NCBI RefSeq assembly: GCF_000281045.1
Contig: NW_008246079.1
Coordinates: 3,735 to 67,734 of the forward strand
Source: Saprolegnia diclina VS20
Taxonomy: Eukaryota
Length of the DNA: 64,000 bases
Direction: 5' to 3'
Numbering within the stretch: position 1 is the first letter of the stretch; each line of letters opens with the position of its first letter. Position numbers and translations under genes: made by a program. The notes under the pieces are model-generated. The model was given only the letters and a program-made list of their open reading frames with translations, did no database searches and was not told the DNA's origin. Below are positions 21,911 to 32,503 of this stretch, one piece after another.

Positions 21911-24156
21911 ATGAGTGTTCGTCAGCGCGACTTGGCCGAGAAGCGGACGGACGTCGTCGACATCGCGACGCTGCCCATGATCCCGAGCGACAGCGACATG
22001 CTTCCGCCGCTCGAGAAGCAGCCGTCGACGCGCGCGCTCGTCACGCCGCGCCACATTGTGCGCGAGGCCATGGGCGACAAGCGCGAGCTGTCGGTTGTCG
22101 CCGACGACGACAAGGACGCGCCCGCGCACTGGAGTGTCATCCTGCCCGACTCGCGCTTCCGCCGGTTCTGGGACCCGCTGCAGCTCGTCCTTCTCGTCTA
22201 CGCCTGCGTGTTTTCGCCGTACATGACATGCTTCCGGCTCGTGCCCCTCGAGGGCTACGTGGCCTACTACAACCTGGTACTGAAGGTGTAGTCGCCGCGC
22301 GTGTTGACGGTGCGTAGACGGCCGCCGACCTGCGTGCGAACGAGCGGTTCATCCACACGCTTGACGGCATCGTCAACGCACTCTACGGCCTCGACCTGCT
22401 CTTGAGCTTTCGGTAGACTCATCTTCGAGCACTCGGATCGTAGCGCATGCGTAGTTTTGCCTTTGTCGATGTCAAGTCGGGCTACGTCGTCAAGCGGCCC
22501 GAGCGCATCGCGGCGCACTACGTACACGGGTGGTTTGTCTTTGATTTGCTCGTGACGATCCCGTGGGACCACGTCGTCGGCGTCTCGACGCCCAAGGACG
22601 CCATCATCCTCGAGCTCATCCGCATCTTCCGCCTCGCGCGCCTCACCAAGATCCTGCGCCTCATCAAAGTACTCGCGTCGATACCCAATGATACTTATGG
22701 GCGTGGTAGTACGGACAAATTGTCGAGTTTCTTGAAGACCAGACACCCATGAGCCGCAACATGGTCGTCACCCTCGAGCTGCTGTCGACCATCTGCCTCG
22801 TCGCGCACTACACGGCCTGCGGCTTTTACATGGCGGCGCGGCTCAACGCCACGTACATGGAGAACTCATGGCTTGCGACGCTCAACCTGCTGAACGCGTC
22901 CCCGTTCGACCTGTACATCGTGTCGCTCTACTGGGCCTTCACGCTCATGACCACGGTCGGCTTTGGCGACATTTACCCCGTCACCACGTAAACACCTACC
23001 CCTTAGCACTACGATCTGAGAGCGGACTAGGCAAGAGCGCGTCTTTACGATCGGGGCTATGGTCATCTCCGCGGGCACGTACGCTTACGTCATCGCTTCC
23101 ATGTCGTCGATCGTCGCGTCCATGAACGTGACGGAGTCGCGCTACTACGAACGCCTGAACGAGGTCAACGCCTACATGAAGGCGCGGGACCTCCCCGCGT
23201 CGCTCCAGCTTCGAACCCGCAAGTGCGAGATCGGTGGGATATGCAGCAGGAGAGATCATGTGCTTAGGTACTACCGGTATTTCCTGCAGCGCAAAACGGT
23301 CTACAACGAAGCAAGCATCCTCGAAGACCTTCCGACCAACCTCAAAAGCGAGGTCACGGAGCACTACATCAAGGTGACGATTCGCGACGTCGCCTTCTTC
23401 CACGGTACGACTGCTGCGTTGGCCTTCGCCCAAAACATGTTGTTAGACTTGCCCCATGGGTTTACGACCGAGATCGCCATGCATCTCAAGCCGACGTTCT
23501 TCCCGCCCAACTCGCTCGTCCTCAGCGTACAGCGCTCCGTGACAGTAGCGCCGTGATGATAGCACTGGGTGTAGATGGGCGACACGGCCGGCGAGATGTT
23601 TATCGTCTCCAAAGGTGCGATCGAGTGTTGTGCACTTCAGCTAAGGTCTTGCTTAGGGATCCTGCACGTAACACTGCTCCATCACGAGACGCAGCAAGAA
23701 TTTGGGATCGCGTACCTCTACGACGGCGATCACTTTGGGGAAATGGCGCTGCTGCTCGAAGAACAGGCCAAGAAGCGGTCGGCCAACATTCGATCCAAAA
23801 CGTACTGCGAGCTCCACGGTACACGTGTGGCTCGTGTGTGGGTCCTCATTTAGAGCAGGCCTCGAGTACACGAGCCTCCAGGTCGGGCTCTCGCGGTACC
23901 CGACGGTGCTGGACAAGCTCATGGACATGGCCGTGTCGCGCCAGATCCTCCTCAACAACCTGCAAAAGACCAAGGTGGCCAACATGGTCTTCGCCATGCA
24001 GAGTACGTCGCGTCCGATGATGGCATCTGAGGTCTTATTGCCGCCACACTGCTAGAAAAGGTCTCGGACCGCAAGTTTCAGCGCATGGCGGCCGAGACGC
24101 AGAGCCGCCTCGTGGGCAAAGTCTTCTCGAGGATCTCGCGCGCGTCCAAGTGTTAG
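21911..24156 (+). CDS. Cyclic-nucleotide-binding-domain K+ channel (EAG/KCNH-like), copy 1, many introns
   Basis: S4 IRIFRLARLTKILRLIK; pore SLYWAFTLMTTVGFGDIYP; C-linker RLNEVNAYMKARDLP; CNBD GDHFGEMALL…KRSANIRS; stop TAG at 24154-24156. Confidence 0.9.
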
Positions 24157-24235
24157 CGCCGATTTTTCCGAAATTATTTATTTCATCAAGCATCAAGTGG
24201 CTATACTTAGCAGAAATAACCAAAGGCGCGTCGTG

Positions 24236-26889
24236 ATGGACAGTCCAACGCACGGGCCCACGGGCGACGCGTTGCTGCCGCTGGATATTGGCGACGCGCT
24301 GCCGCAGGATATTGCTGATGCGCTTGGGCCTGGACTGAGCGAGTTTGGAGACGACGAAGCCGACGACGTCGTCGAATCGCAAGCTAACGACGAAGACAGC
24401 GAGTCGTGGGCCTCAGACCCGCCCGAAGTTGTAGTCGCCTTGGCCATTTCGGAGTCGCGGGCGCGACTAAGCGTCATGCTCCCGAGCGATTCGACGCCGG
24501 TTATCGACACCCTCAGCGACCGCGCGATCGAAAGGCTCGCGCGGTTGCCACGCACCACCGACGAACGACAGCCACTGCGTGGCGCCCGGCTCTCGCGCGT
24601 CTTTTCTGTGCCAGAGAGCGAAGCCCGAGCGCCTGAGGTCCTCACAGCGTCGACGACGCAGCTCAAGAGCGTGGGCGCAATGTTGGGACCTTCGCCGTCG
24701 CGCACACTCGTCGCATCGCCGTCAAAGGCGCACGTGGAGCCACCGGTGTCTCGTGTAGCGACGCGCATTGCGGTGCCCAAGCAAGGCAAAGAGGACCTGC
24801 GGCTCGTAGCCGACAATTTTACTGCCGACGAATCACGACGCTACTGGTTCATCCTGCTGCCCACCGCTCCGGCGCTCGTGGTCTGGAACGGCATTCAAAC
24901 TGGCGCTCTCCTCTATGTCTGCATCGTCGCGCCGTATTTTATTTGCTTTACGACTCAGCCGCTCGAGGGCTACATTGCTCACTACAATATCGTTGACGTT
25001 TCACGAAATACCGAGAGGCTCACGACTGCTACCTAGACCTTGGACCAGCTGCGCGCCACGTACGCCTGGGTTGACACGACCGACCGCTGCATGGACCTCT
25101 TCTTCGGCGTCGACATTCTGCTCACAATGCGGTGCGTTTGTATCAATGTATCAGCGCAACATGTGTTTAGCCTCGCGTTTGTGGACCCGAGGTCCGGGAG
25201 CGTCGTGCGTGACCCGAGAGCTATTGCGCGTCGGTACATGTGCGGGTGGCTCCTCTTTGATATTCTCGTGACGCTGCCGTGGGACCTTCTCGTTGCCGAA
25301 CCAAACGCTGTCGCGAGCCTCGTCCGCGTTTTTCGGCTGGCCAAGCTCGCCAAGGTGCTGCGGCTCGTCAAGGTCCGGTTCTCCTAATATGACGATGGCG
25401 AATCACCCGCTTCCGGCCTAGTACGGTCAAATTCTCGAATTCTTTGAGGACCGAACCCGCCTGAGCCGGAACGCGGTCGTCGCGTTTGAGCTCCTGGCGA
25501 CGATTGCGCTCGTCGCGCACTACACCGCCTGCGGATTCTACCTCGTGGCCCGCCTGAACGACGACTACCTCAACACATCGTGGCTCGCCACACTGGGCTT
25601 TCTCAACGAATCGCCGTGGAACCTCTACGTGATTTCACTCTACTGGTCGCTGACGCTCATGACGACAGTGGGCTTTGGGGATGTCTACCCTGTCTCAATG
25701 TAGTCCTAAGACGTGTAGAGTACTTGCCACTAATGCGCGCGTAGCTACGAGCGCAGCTTTGCGATCTTGGCCATGGGCGTCTCGGCCGCCGCCTACGCCT
25801 ACGTCATCGCGTCCATGTCCTCGATCGTGCTGCTCATGAACGTCAACGAGACGCGCTACTACGAGCGTCTGAACGAAGTCAACGCCTACATGAAGGCGCG
25901 GGACCTCCCCGCCTTGCTTCAACTGCGCACCCGCAAGTATACACTCTATGGGATTGTCGTCACGGCACCACAATGTGGGCTAGATACTACCGGTATTTTC
26001 TGCAGCGCAAAACCGTCTACAACGAAGCTCGCATCCTCCACGACCTGCCTTCCAACCTCAAAAGCGAGGTCGCCGAGCACTACGCCAAAGTCACGATCCG
26101 CAACGTCGTCTTCTTCCACGGTGAACAATATTTACATTTGTTCGTCAAGGCGCGCTCAAGACACGATATATATTGGATAGATTTACCAAGGGGTTTTACT
26201 ACCGAGATCGCGATGCGGCTCAAGCCAACATTCTGCCCGCCCAACTCGGTCGTCCTTACGGTACTGGCGCGGCGCGACCTTGCGGCCATCAGTGCTGTCG
26301 TAGAAAGGGGAGGTGGCCAACGAAATGTATATCATATCCAAAGGTGCGTCATATTGGTACACCCAAGTCCAATATTCCATTCAGGCATGCTGCACGTGAC
26401 ACTGCCGCACAAAGAATCACAACAGGACATTGGTATTACGTACCTCTACGACGGCGACCACTTTGGAGAGATGGCGCTGCTGCTCACAGACCAGGAGCGA
26501 AAACGCACGGCCACGGTGCGCGCTGAGCTCTACAGCGAGCTGCACGGTGCGACCAATATTTCAATATGGGAAATGGATATGCACCACGCTCGTAGGGCTC
26601 GAGTACGAACACCTCGAGTCGGTCCTCGCGCGGTACCCGATTGTGCTCGAGAAACTCATGCACATGGCCGTCGCGCGCATGATTCTACTGACAAATCTGC
26701 AGAAGAGCAAGGTCTCGAGCATGATCTTGGCCATGCCCAGTACCAATATTCCTCGTGAGTGAAGCGCGCTTGACCAATATTATGCTAGAAAAAGGCGCGG
26801 CCCAGAAATTCCAGCACATTGCGTCGCAGTCCAAGCTGCGCATCACAAAGCAGCTTATCCGCCGACTTTCCCTCACCGCCAAGCTGTGA
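24236..26889 (+). CDS. Cyclic-nucleotide-binding-domain K+ channel (EAG/KCNH-like), copy 2 (tandem paralog with a long N-terminal extension)
   Basis: Pore SLYWSLTLMTTVGFGDVYP; same RLNEVNAYMKARDLP linker; GDHFGEMALL…RTATVRA; stop TGA at 26887-26889. Confidence 0.88.
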
Positions 26890-26890
26890 A

Positions 26891-26946
26891 CAATATACAA
26901 TATACAATATACAATATACAATATACAATATACAATATACAATATA
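26891..26946 (+). repeat. (CAATATA)8 heptanucleotide microsatellite
   Basis: Eight perfect copies counted directly, lying between the convergent stop codons of the channel and chitinase genes. Confidence 0.97.
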
Positions 26947-26990
26947 TATTTCTTAACCTAAGTAAGTCGAGAAACAACTGCACTTCGCAA

Positions 26991-28048
26991 TCAAGCAAGG
27001 CCGCACCAATGATAGTTGGCGCCCGCACTCGCACAGATCGACTGCGTCCACCCCGCAAAGCAGGCTGCAATCGCGCCATCGTTGTAGATGCAGTTGGTGC
27101 AGACGCCGGTGGGTGTTGTGCACGTGGTCGACGGCGGGCGCGTCGTGGCAGGTGGCGCCGGCGTCGTCGGCGCCGGTGCTGTCGTTGACGTCGGTGCCGG
27201 CGTCGGCGCAGCAGTTGATGTCGGTGATGGCGTCGTCGGAGCTAAAGTTGGAACTGTCGAGGGTCCCTGTGTTGGCGTGGGCGTTGGCCCCGGCGTTGGC
27301 CACGGTGTCTTTGGTGGGTACGCGCTGGTTTGGCACGAGAGGTTGTCGCCCGGCGAGACTCCAAGCACCGAACAAAACTTGATGTAGTTGGCGATGCGCG
27401 CTTTCTCCGAGTCCTTGTTGGGCGGGTTGAGTCCGCACTCGAGGCCGCCGTTGATGATGTACGTCGTGTAGGCAAAGCCGCCCGGCTGCCCGACCACGTT
27501 GTGAATGTTGCCGTTCCACTTGTCCGTGTTCCAGTACCAGAGCGCGCTGCGCCACACGAGGTTCTTGTCGGAGGCCACGAGCTCTGGCTGGGCCAACAGA
27601 TCGAGTCCCACTGCAGCGCCAAAGTCCTTGTAGTTGTAGTTCCACGAGAGCTGGATGGCACCGCGACCTAGAGCCATTGGCTACTTGCGCATCAAGATTT
27701 ACGGTGTGGAGTACCGTAATACTGCTTTCCTGGGTAGCACGGATACGCGGTTGACGCTTGGCAGTAGTCGTTCTTGGCGATCTCTTCCGCGTACTGCAGA
27801 TACCCCGTCTCCAAAGCGACTTGCCCGAGAAAGGCCGCGACCTCCCGCTTGTCAACGGCGTCATTGCCAGTGTTGGCAAACTTCGGGTACGTGGCCGCCA
27901 TGAGCACGAGGTTCTCGTACTGGTACACGGGCAGCGCCTGGGGAAACAGCTCGAGGAAGCGTGCCTTGGAGAAGATGGCTGCGAGGCCGCTTGCACACAC
28001 TGCAGGTGGTAGCAGCGAGAACGAGATGAAGGTCAGTGTTCGAAGCAT
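26991..28048 (-). CDS. Secreted GH19 chitinase with a Pro/Thr linker and C-terminal Cys-rich module
   Basis: Signal peptide; REVAAFLGQVALET; YYG|RGAIQLSWNYNY joined across intron 27668-27714; IINGGLECG. Confidence 0.93.
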
Positions 28049-28491
28049 GGTCAATTGAGCAATGCAGCTAGGAAGGAGGCTCCAAACATTTGGGATCTGA
28101 CGCTCGACTCAGATGTCAGTCTGAGTCGAATGCGAGCATGGAGTGGGACTATGACAGGAGTCAACGTCCATCTTGACGAGAGGTGGTCTGAGTCGCATCG
28201 CAAGAGAGTGGTCGCATGGTTCTACTAGAAGCCATTGTCGACAACAGCTACTACCAAACCATATTGCTCAGAGCCAGGCAAAAGCCTCGACCATCGTTCC
28301 AGCCGATTCGTGCCAAACGGTTTGACTCGCGGCTAGTCGAGCCGGTACTTTGGTCCAGCCGGTTACTACTAACGGCTGCGCACTAACCGACCATATTCGG
28401 CCAGTTGGATGGTTTGCCGCGTCATAGCAAATACGATAAGGTATGATGCATAGGCGTATTTCGAGTTATCTACGATCGAAAGTCACTCGAG

Positions 28492-28812
28492 TTAATCGTC
28501 TGCAAGACGGTCAGTGGCCGGGCGTACGCGCAGATGCGGAGTCGCAACAGCAGTAGGAAACGTGATCGTGTCAGAGTCATCAGCTGCTTTGGGGTGGCGC
28601 GGCTTGGGGCAACTGCCGGCCTTGTATGTAAACCTGCGGTTGCCGCACTTGATCTTGTCTGCAGCGCACGCATTCATGTACGTGACGCCGTCCGAGCCGC
28701 ACTGCGGCTGCTGCAGGCGCGGACAAGCTTTGACGCCGCACGCGCCAGCTTGGAGGGGCTCGCCGGCAACGAGCGAGAGGAGAAGCGCCAGTAGCAGTGT
28801 GCAGCGAACCAT
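28492..28812 (-). CDS. Secreted single-domain Kazal protease inhibitor 1
   Basis: Signal peptide plus six-Cys domain CGVKACPRLQQPQCGSDGVTYMNAC…C…GSC. Confidence 0.9.
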   Translation of the reverse strand: MVRCTLLLALLLSLVAGEPLQAGACGVKACPRLQQPQCGSDGVTYMNACAADKIKCGNRRFTYKAGSCPKPRHPKAADDSDTITFPTAVATPHLRVRPATDRLADD

Positions 28813-29386
28813 GAATGGTGTCGGAAAATCGAAAAGTGAGCACTGAGCTCAATCGTGCACGCTATCTTGTTGCCGGATTGTGTGGCTGACAATTGACGAT
28901 AGAACGCATGGCTGGCGGACTGACGGACAAGAACTGGTTGTAGACACCGAGCCGTGAAACTATGCGCAGCAGCAAGCGACGACCGCGGTGCCAAGTTACA
29001 TTCTCTAAAAACTACAATTCGAGTATGTATCTGGTCATGACGTGGCAGCAGGATAGAAGGCGCCAGATGTAGCCAAGCAAGAGCTTGCCAGCATTTCCGC
29101 ACCAGCCGTCGAACGAACGCGTTGGCGTACTTCGCCGCTTCAGGTCATCACTGAAGAAACTCTTGATAACCACCCAGAGAGCGCTCGATTTCATTCAGAG
29201 TTGCGGCAAGAGAATGTCGGCAACGACTTTGCGAGAAAATGTCACCAACTTGGGTTTCGTGTTAGCACAACCGGCGCCTTTGCGACAACATGATCACCCG
29301 AACAACTACGCATTTCGACTTGTTAGTTTAGCTCATTTTAATACGTCATGGGACAATATCACTCTTTGTGTAGAGCCAATCACGCC

Positions 29387-29719
29387 TTAGTTGTCGCGAA
29401 ACGCGCGTCGAGGCTCGTCCCCCTCGTCGACTGTCGGCGCTCGCAGGTGCGGCGTGGAGAAGCGCGGAAACGTGATCGCATTCAAATCGATCGTTGCCAC
29501 GGGCCTGCGTGGCGGCGGCGTCTGCTTCGGGCACGCGCCGGCCGAGTACGTGAACGCCCGATTGCTGCACTTTGCCTTCTCCGCGAGGCACGCGTTCGTG
29601 TAGATAACGCCGTCCGAGCCGCATTGCAGCTCCACGATCGGCAGACACAACTCGTCTCCGCACGCGTGGACGCCTACGCACGCGACTGCCAGCAGCGCGA
29701 CGGTCCGCGCTCCTCGCAT
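29387..29719 (-). CDS. Secreted single-domain Kazal protease inhibitor 2
   Basis: Signal peptide plus CGDELCLPIVELQCGSDGVIYTNAC…C…GAC. Shares the ITFP…TPHLR tail with inhibitor 1. Confidence 0.9.
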   Translation of the reverse strand: MRGARTVALLAVACVGVHACGDELCLPIVELQCGSDGVIYTNACLAEKAKCSNRAFTYSAGACPKQTPPPRRPVATIDLNAITFPRFSTPHLRAPTVDEGDEPRRAFRDN

Positions 29720-30244
29720 TGTTTGGTCGATTGCGTGTTTAGAAGTGAGTTGCTGTGGCCAATCGGAGCGCCGTGTGACAGAAGGGACGGGCTGACCGAC
29801 ACGCACCGCGCGTTGCCAACGGCGCTCAGTTCAAGGACGACCTCGCCTTGCGCATTTGTCTGCATGCGTCAAGCTCGTGCGTTAGCGAGATTTAGGTATG
29901 ACCTACACATGCCATGTGCCGCCCGTGCTGGGCGATCGCCATTTCAAGAAGCCGCATGTCACACTTATTAACCGGATTTTCCGGATGACGTGGCAGAGCT
30001 GGAAGCGGCCATTATGCGGAACGTCGCTGCCACTGAGTTGGACTGATAAGATTAAGAATCAAAGCCATTGCAGTAATTTGGACATCTACCAAACACGTCT
30101 CTGGCGCAGAGGCTCTGGCGCAGCAGATGTGCTTCAATCCAGCATCAATCAACCCTTGGGCGATTTCATTGGATCAGCTAATTTAGCTCCGCAAATCACA
30201 TGCGACTAGGTACAATCCAGCGACAGAAAAGTGCAATTGACAAC

Positions 30245-31519
30245 ATGGCCCTTTCGCTCAGCGCCGACGTCCTTGGGACGATCGCCACCTTCGTCGCATG
30301 TCCCTACACGTTCCAAGCCCTCGTGGAGCTCTCGCCGTACGAAGAGCTCGGCGACCCGCTCCAAGCCTTTGTCACTCTCGCGCGCTCCGTGCCCGCGGCG
30401 TACCTCTGGCCTCGCCTGCGCTGCGACGCCCTCACGCCGGACGAGCTCGCATCTGTCGGCGCCTTCGCCTCGCTTCGACCACTGCTGTGCTTTGGTGGTA
30501 TTCCGCGAGCCAACTACGCCTTCCTGGAGGAGGCGCGCATTGTTTTTACCAAGCCCGTGTCGCTGGCGGTCGCCGCCGCGCTACTGGGACCCAACGTCGA
30601 TGAGATGTCGCTGGTGCTAGACCAGGCGGACGATCCAAGCGATATCGCAGCCTTTCTCGAGGCATTAGCTGCGACACCGCGACTGCGCAAGGTTCAATTT
30701 CGCCTTGGCGCCACTTTGGTGCCACGCCTCGTGACGCCGCTGCTTCACGGGCTCTTCCAGCATCCGAGCATCCGAGACGTGGCCATCGATGGATCTACCT
30801 GGGAGACAGTCCCTTCGTTCGTCATGGACTTGCTCCTCGAGTTGCTGCAGCAGCCGCGCATAGAAGCCTTCGCGCTTCGCGGTATGGCTTCTCAAGGGGA
30901 GCTCTTGGACGCACTTCGAACCTCGCGACTGCGCAGCATTGACTTTGTGCGCCAAGGCAACCTCAGCGATCGACTACCGTCGTCGCTGCGACACCTCAAA
31001 CTTAAATCCAAGTTTGGCGGCGCATGGCAGCCTGCCGACGTCCTCGACGGCGCTCGGCTCACGCATCTCGAGCTACTCGGTGCGGCTGCCACCAGCTTCA
31101 CGACCGAGCCCACGGACCTCTGCTCCGCGCTCCGAGCTATGCCGGCGCTCGAGTACCTCGCCATTGACCACGTATCTGCATCTGACGCCCAGAGCTTGGC
31201 CGAGCTCTTGCCGACGCTCGGTCACCTCGAGGAGCTTCGCCTCGACTGCGCAACGCTCTCGACAGCGCACCTTGCATTTCTCGCGCGCTGCCGCCGCCTC
31301 CAGCGCGCCGCCTTGCGCAACGTTGCTTGGGACCATGCTCGCTCGTGGGAACATTGGATCGATGACGCAGTCTCCCCCGCGCTGCGCCATCTGTGCCTCG
31401 CAGGCCACGCGATGCCAACGGCCGAGATCACTCGTCTCTTCCGCGACCTCTGTCCTCGCCTCGTAGTGTGCTGTCTGAGCACAAACGACCGCTGTGCGCT
31501 TCCGGACAAGGATGCTTGA
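30245..31519 (+). CDS. Intronless F-box-like/LRR family protein, paralog 3
   Basis: LSADVLGTIATFVACPY…LARSVPAAYLWPRLR, LxxLxL repeats and C-terminal LRHLCL…VCC, collinear with the 4182 and 5660 genes. Confidence 0.75.
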   Translation: MALSLSADVLGTIATFVACPYTFQALVELSPYEELGDPLQAFVTLARSVPAAYLWPRLRCDALTPDELASVGAFASLRPLLCFGGIPRANYAFLEEARIVFTKPVSLAVAAALLGPNVDEMSLVLDQADDPSDIAAFLEALAATPRLRKVQFRLGATLVPRLVTPLLHGLFQHPSIRDVAIDGSTWETVPSFVMDLLLELLQQPRIEAFALRGMASQGELLDALRTSRLRSIDFVRQGNLSDRLPSSLRHLKLKSKFGGAWQPADVLDGARLTHLELLGAAATSFTTEPTDLCSALRAMPALEYLAIDHVSASDAQSLAELLPTLGHLEELRLDCATLSTAHLAFLARCRRLQRAALRNVAWDHARSWEHWIDDAVSPALRHLCLAGHAMPTAEITRLFRDLCPRLVVCCLSTNDRCALPDKDA

Positions 31520-31612
31520 AGCTGCAATTTGATGTTTACTCGGTAACATTTACTCACGAATTATGGACAACTTGTATTTTGTACACAGATGGAGCGCTTC
31601 TGCAGGCTACTC

Positions 31613-32388
31613 TCAAGCAGCTGTCTTTTGCTTCTTGCACGTCGACGGACGGGAATGGTGTCGAGGCTTCGTGGCCGCCGACATTTCTGCGCCGACTGTC
31701 GACCGATGCCGGACGCGTCGACGCTTCTTCACTCCTCCCGATCGTCGGAGGCTGCTGCTGTCCTCGATTTGAAGGTGCTCGCATTCGTTCAGCGCTTGGA
31801 GCTGCTCCAAGAGGATGTTGGCGAAGACCTTGAGCGAGTCGTTGGGCGCGATCTCCAAGCGCGCTCGAACCCGCTCGCGCAAGATCGCCGGCTGCACCCT
31901 CTCCACGATAGCGGCCACAATGAGCCGCCCATACGTGGCCATCTCGGTCTGCAGCGCGGCCTCCTCCACGAGTCTGCCCACTTGAACCCCACGAGTCTGC
32001 CCACTTGAACCATAAAGTCAAGGCGCTGGCCGTTGGCATCCCCCGTCGGCGACAAGGGCATGTGCAGCGAGGCAAAGCATTTGCGAATGTCGTCCGCCGA
32101 CTTGATATGGGGCGTCTCCATGATCGTGGCGAGCCGGGTGCGCAGGCCCCTCTCAGTGAGGCTGGCGGGGTCCATGTGCCAGTCAAACTCGCACGCAACT
32201 CTGAGCAAGTCGGGGTCCACGCAGCTCGTCCACGACGCGACGCAACCGGCAAGCGGGACGTTGACAGCCCGGCAGTACAACGCCATGTCGCGGCAGTAGT
32301 CTCTGTACGCGCGCCTCCAGCGCACGAGGTCGACCCGCCCCAAGGACGTGATCGGCGGCGCGTTGGGCGGCGAGCGCCAGAGTGGCAT
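31613..32388 (-). pseudogene. Solitary Ty3/Gypsy Gag-like ORF frameshifted by a 23-bp tandem duplication
   Basis: PPITSLGRVDLVRWRRAYRDY…SCVDPDLL…CEFDW…LTERGL…DIRKCF..LHM…RLDF…QPAILRERV resembles oomycete Gypsy Gag (recalled pattern, not searched). Removing one copy of 31966-31988/31989-32011 gives a continuous frame. Confidence 0.6.
31966..32011. repeat. Perfect 23-bp direct tandem duplication
   Basis: CCACGAGTCTGCCCACTTGAACC occurs twice back to back. Confidence 0.97.
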
Positions 32389-32503
32389 CGAAGTGTCTCC
32401 CAGCGTGCAGCTCGCTTTGTAACTATGTCGAAGTTTAGCGAGCACAAAAACGCGTTTGTCTAGTAACTTCGACAAATGTGTAGTAGTAGTAAGCGTCTCT
32501 AAA

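Noticed and set aside
24100..24240. The two CNBD channels as one fused double-domain gene
   Set aside because: Copy 1 ends in a clean in-frame TAG at the position equivalent to copy 2's own stop, followed by an AT-rich spacer and a new ATG.
31966..32011. The 23-bp duplication as a newly born intron
   Set aside because: The unit has no AG|GT junction that would let one copy be spliced out, and 23 nt is well below the intron sizes seen here.
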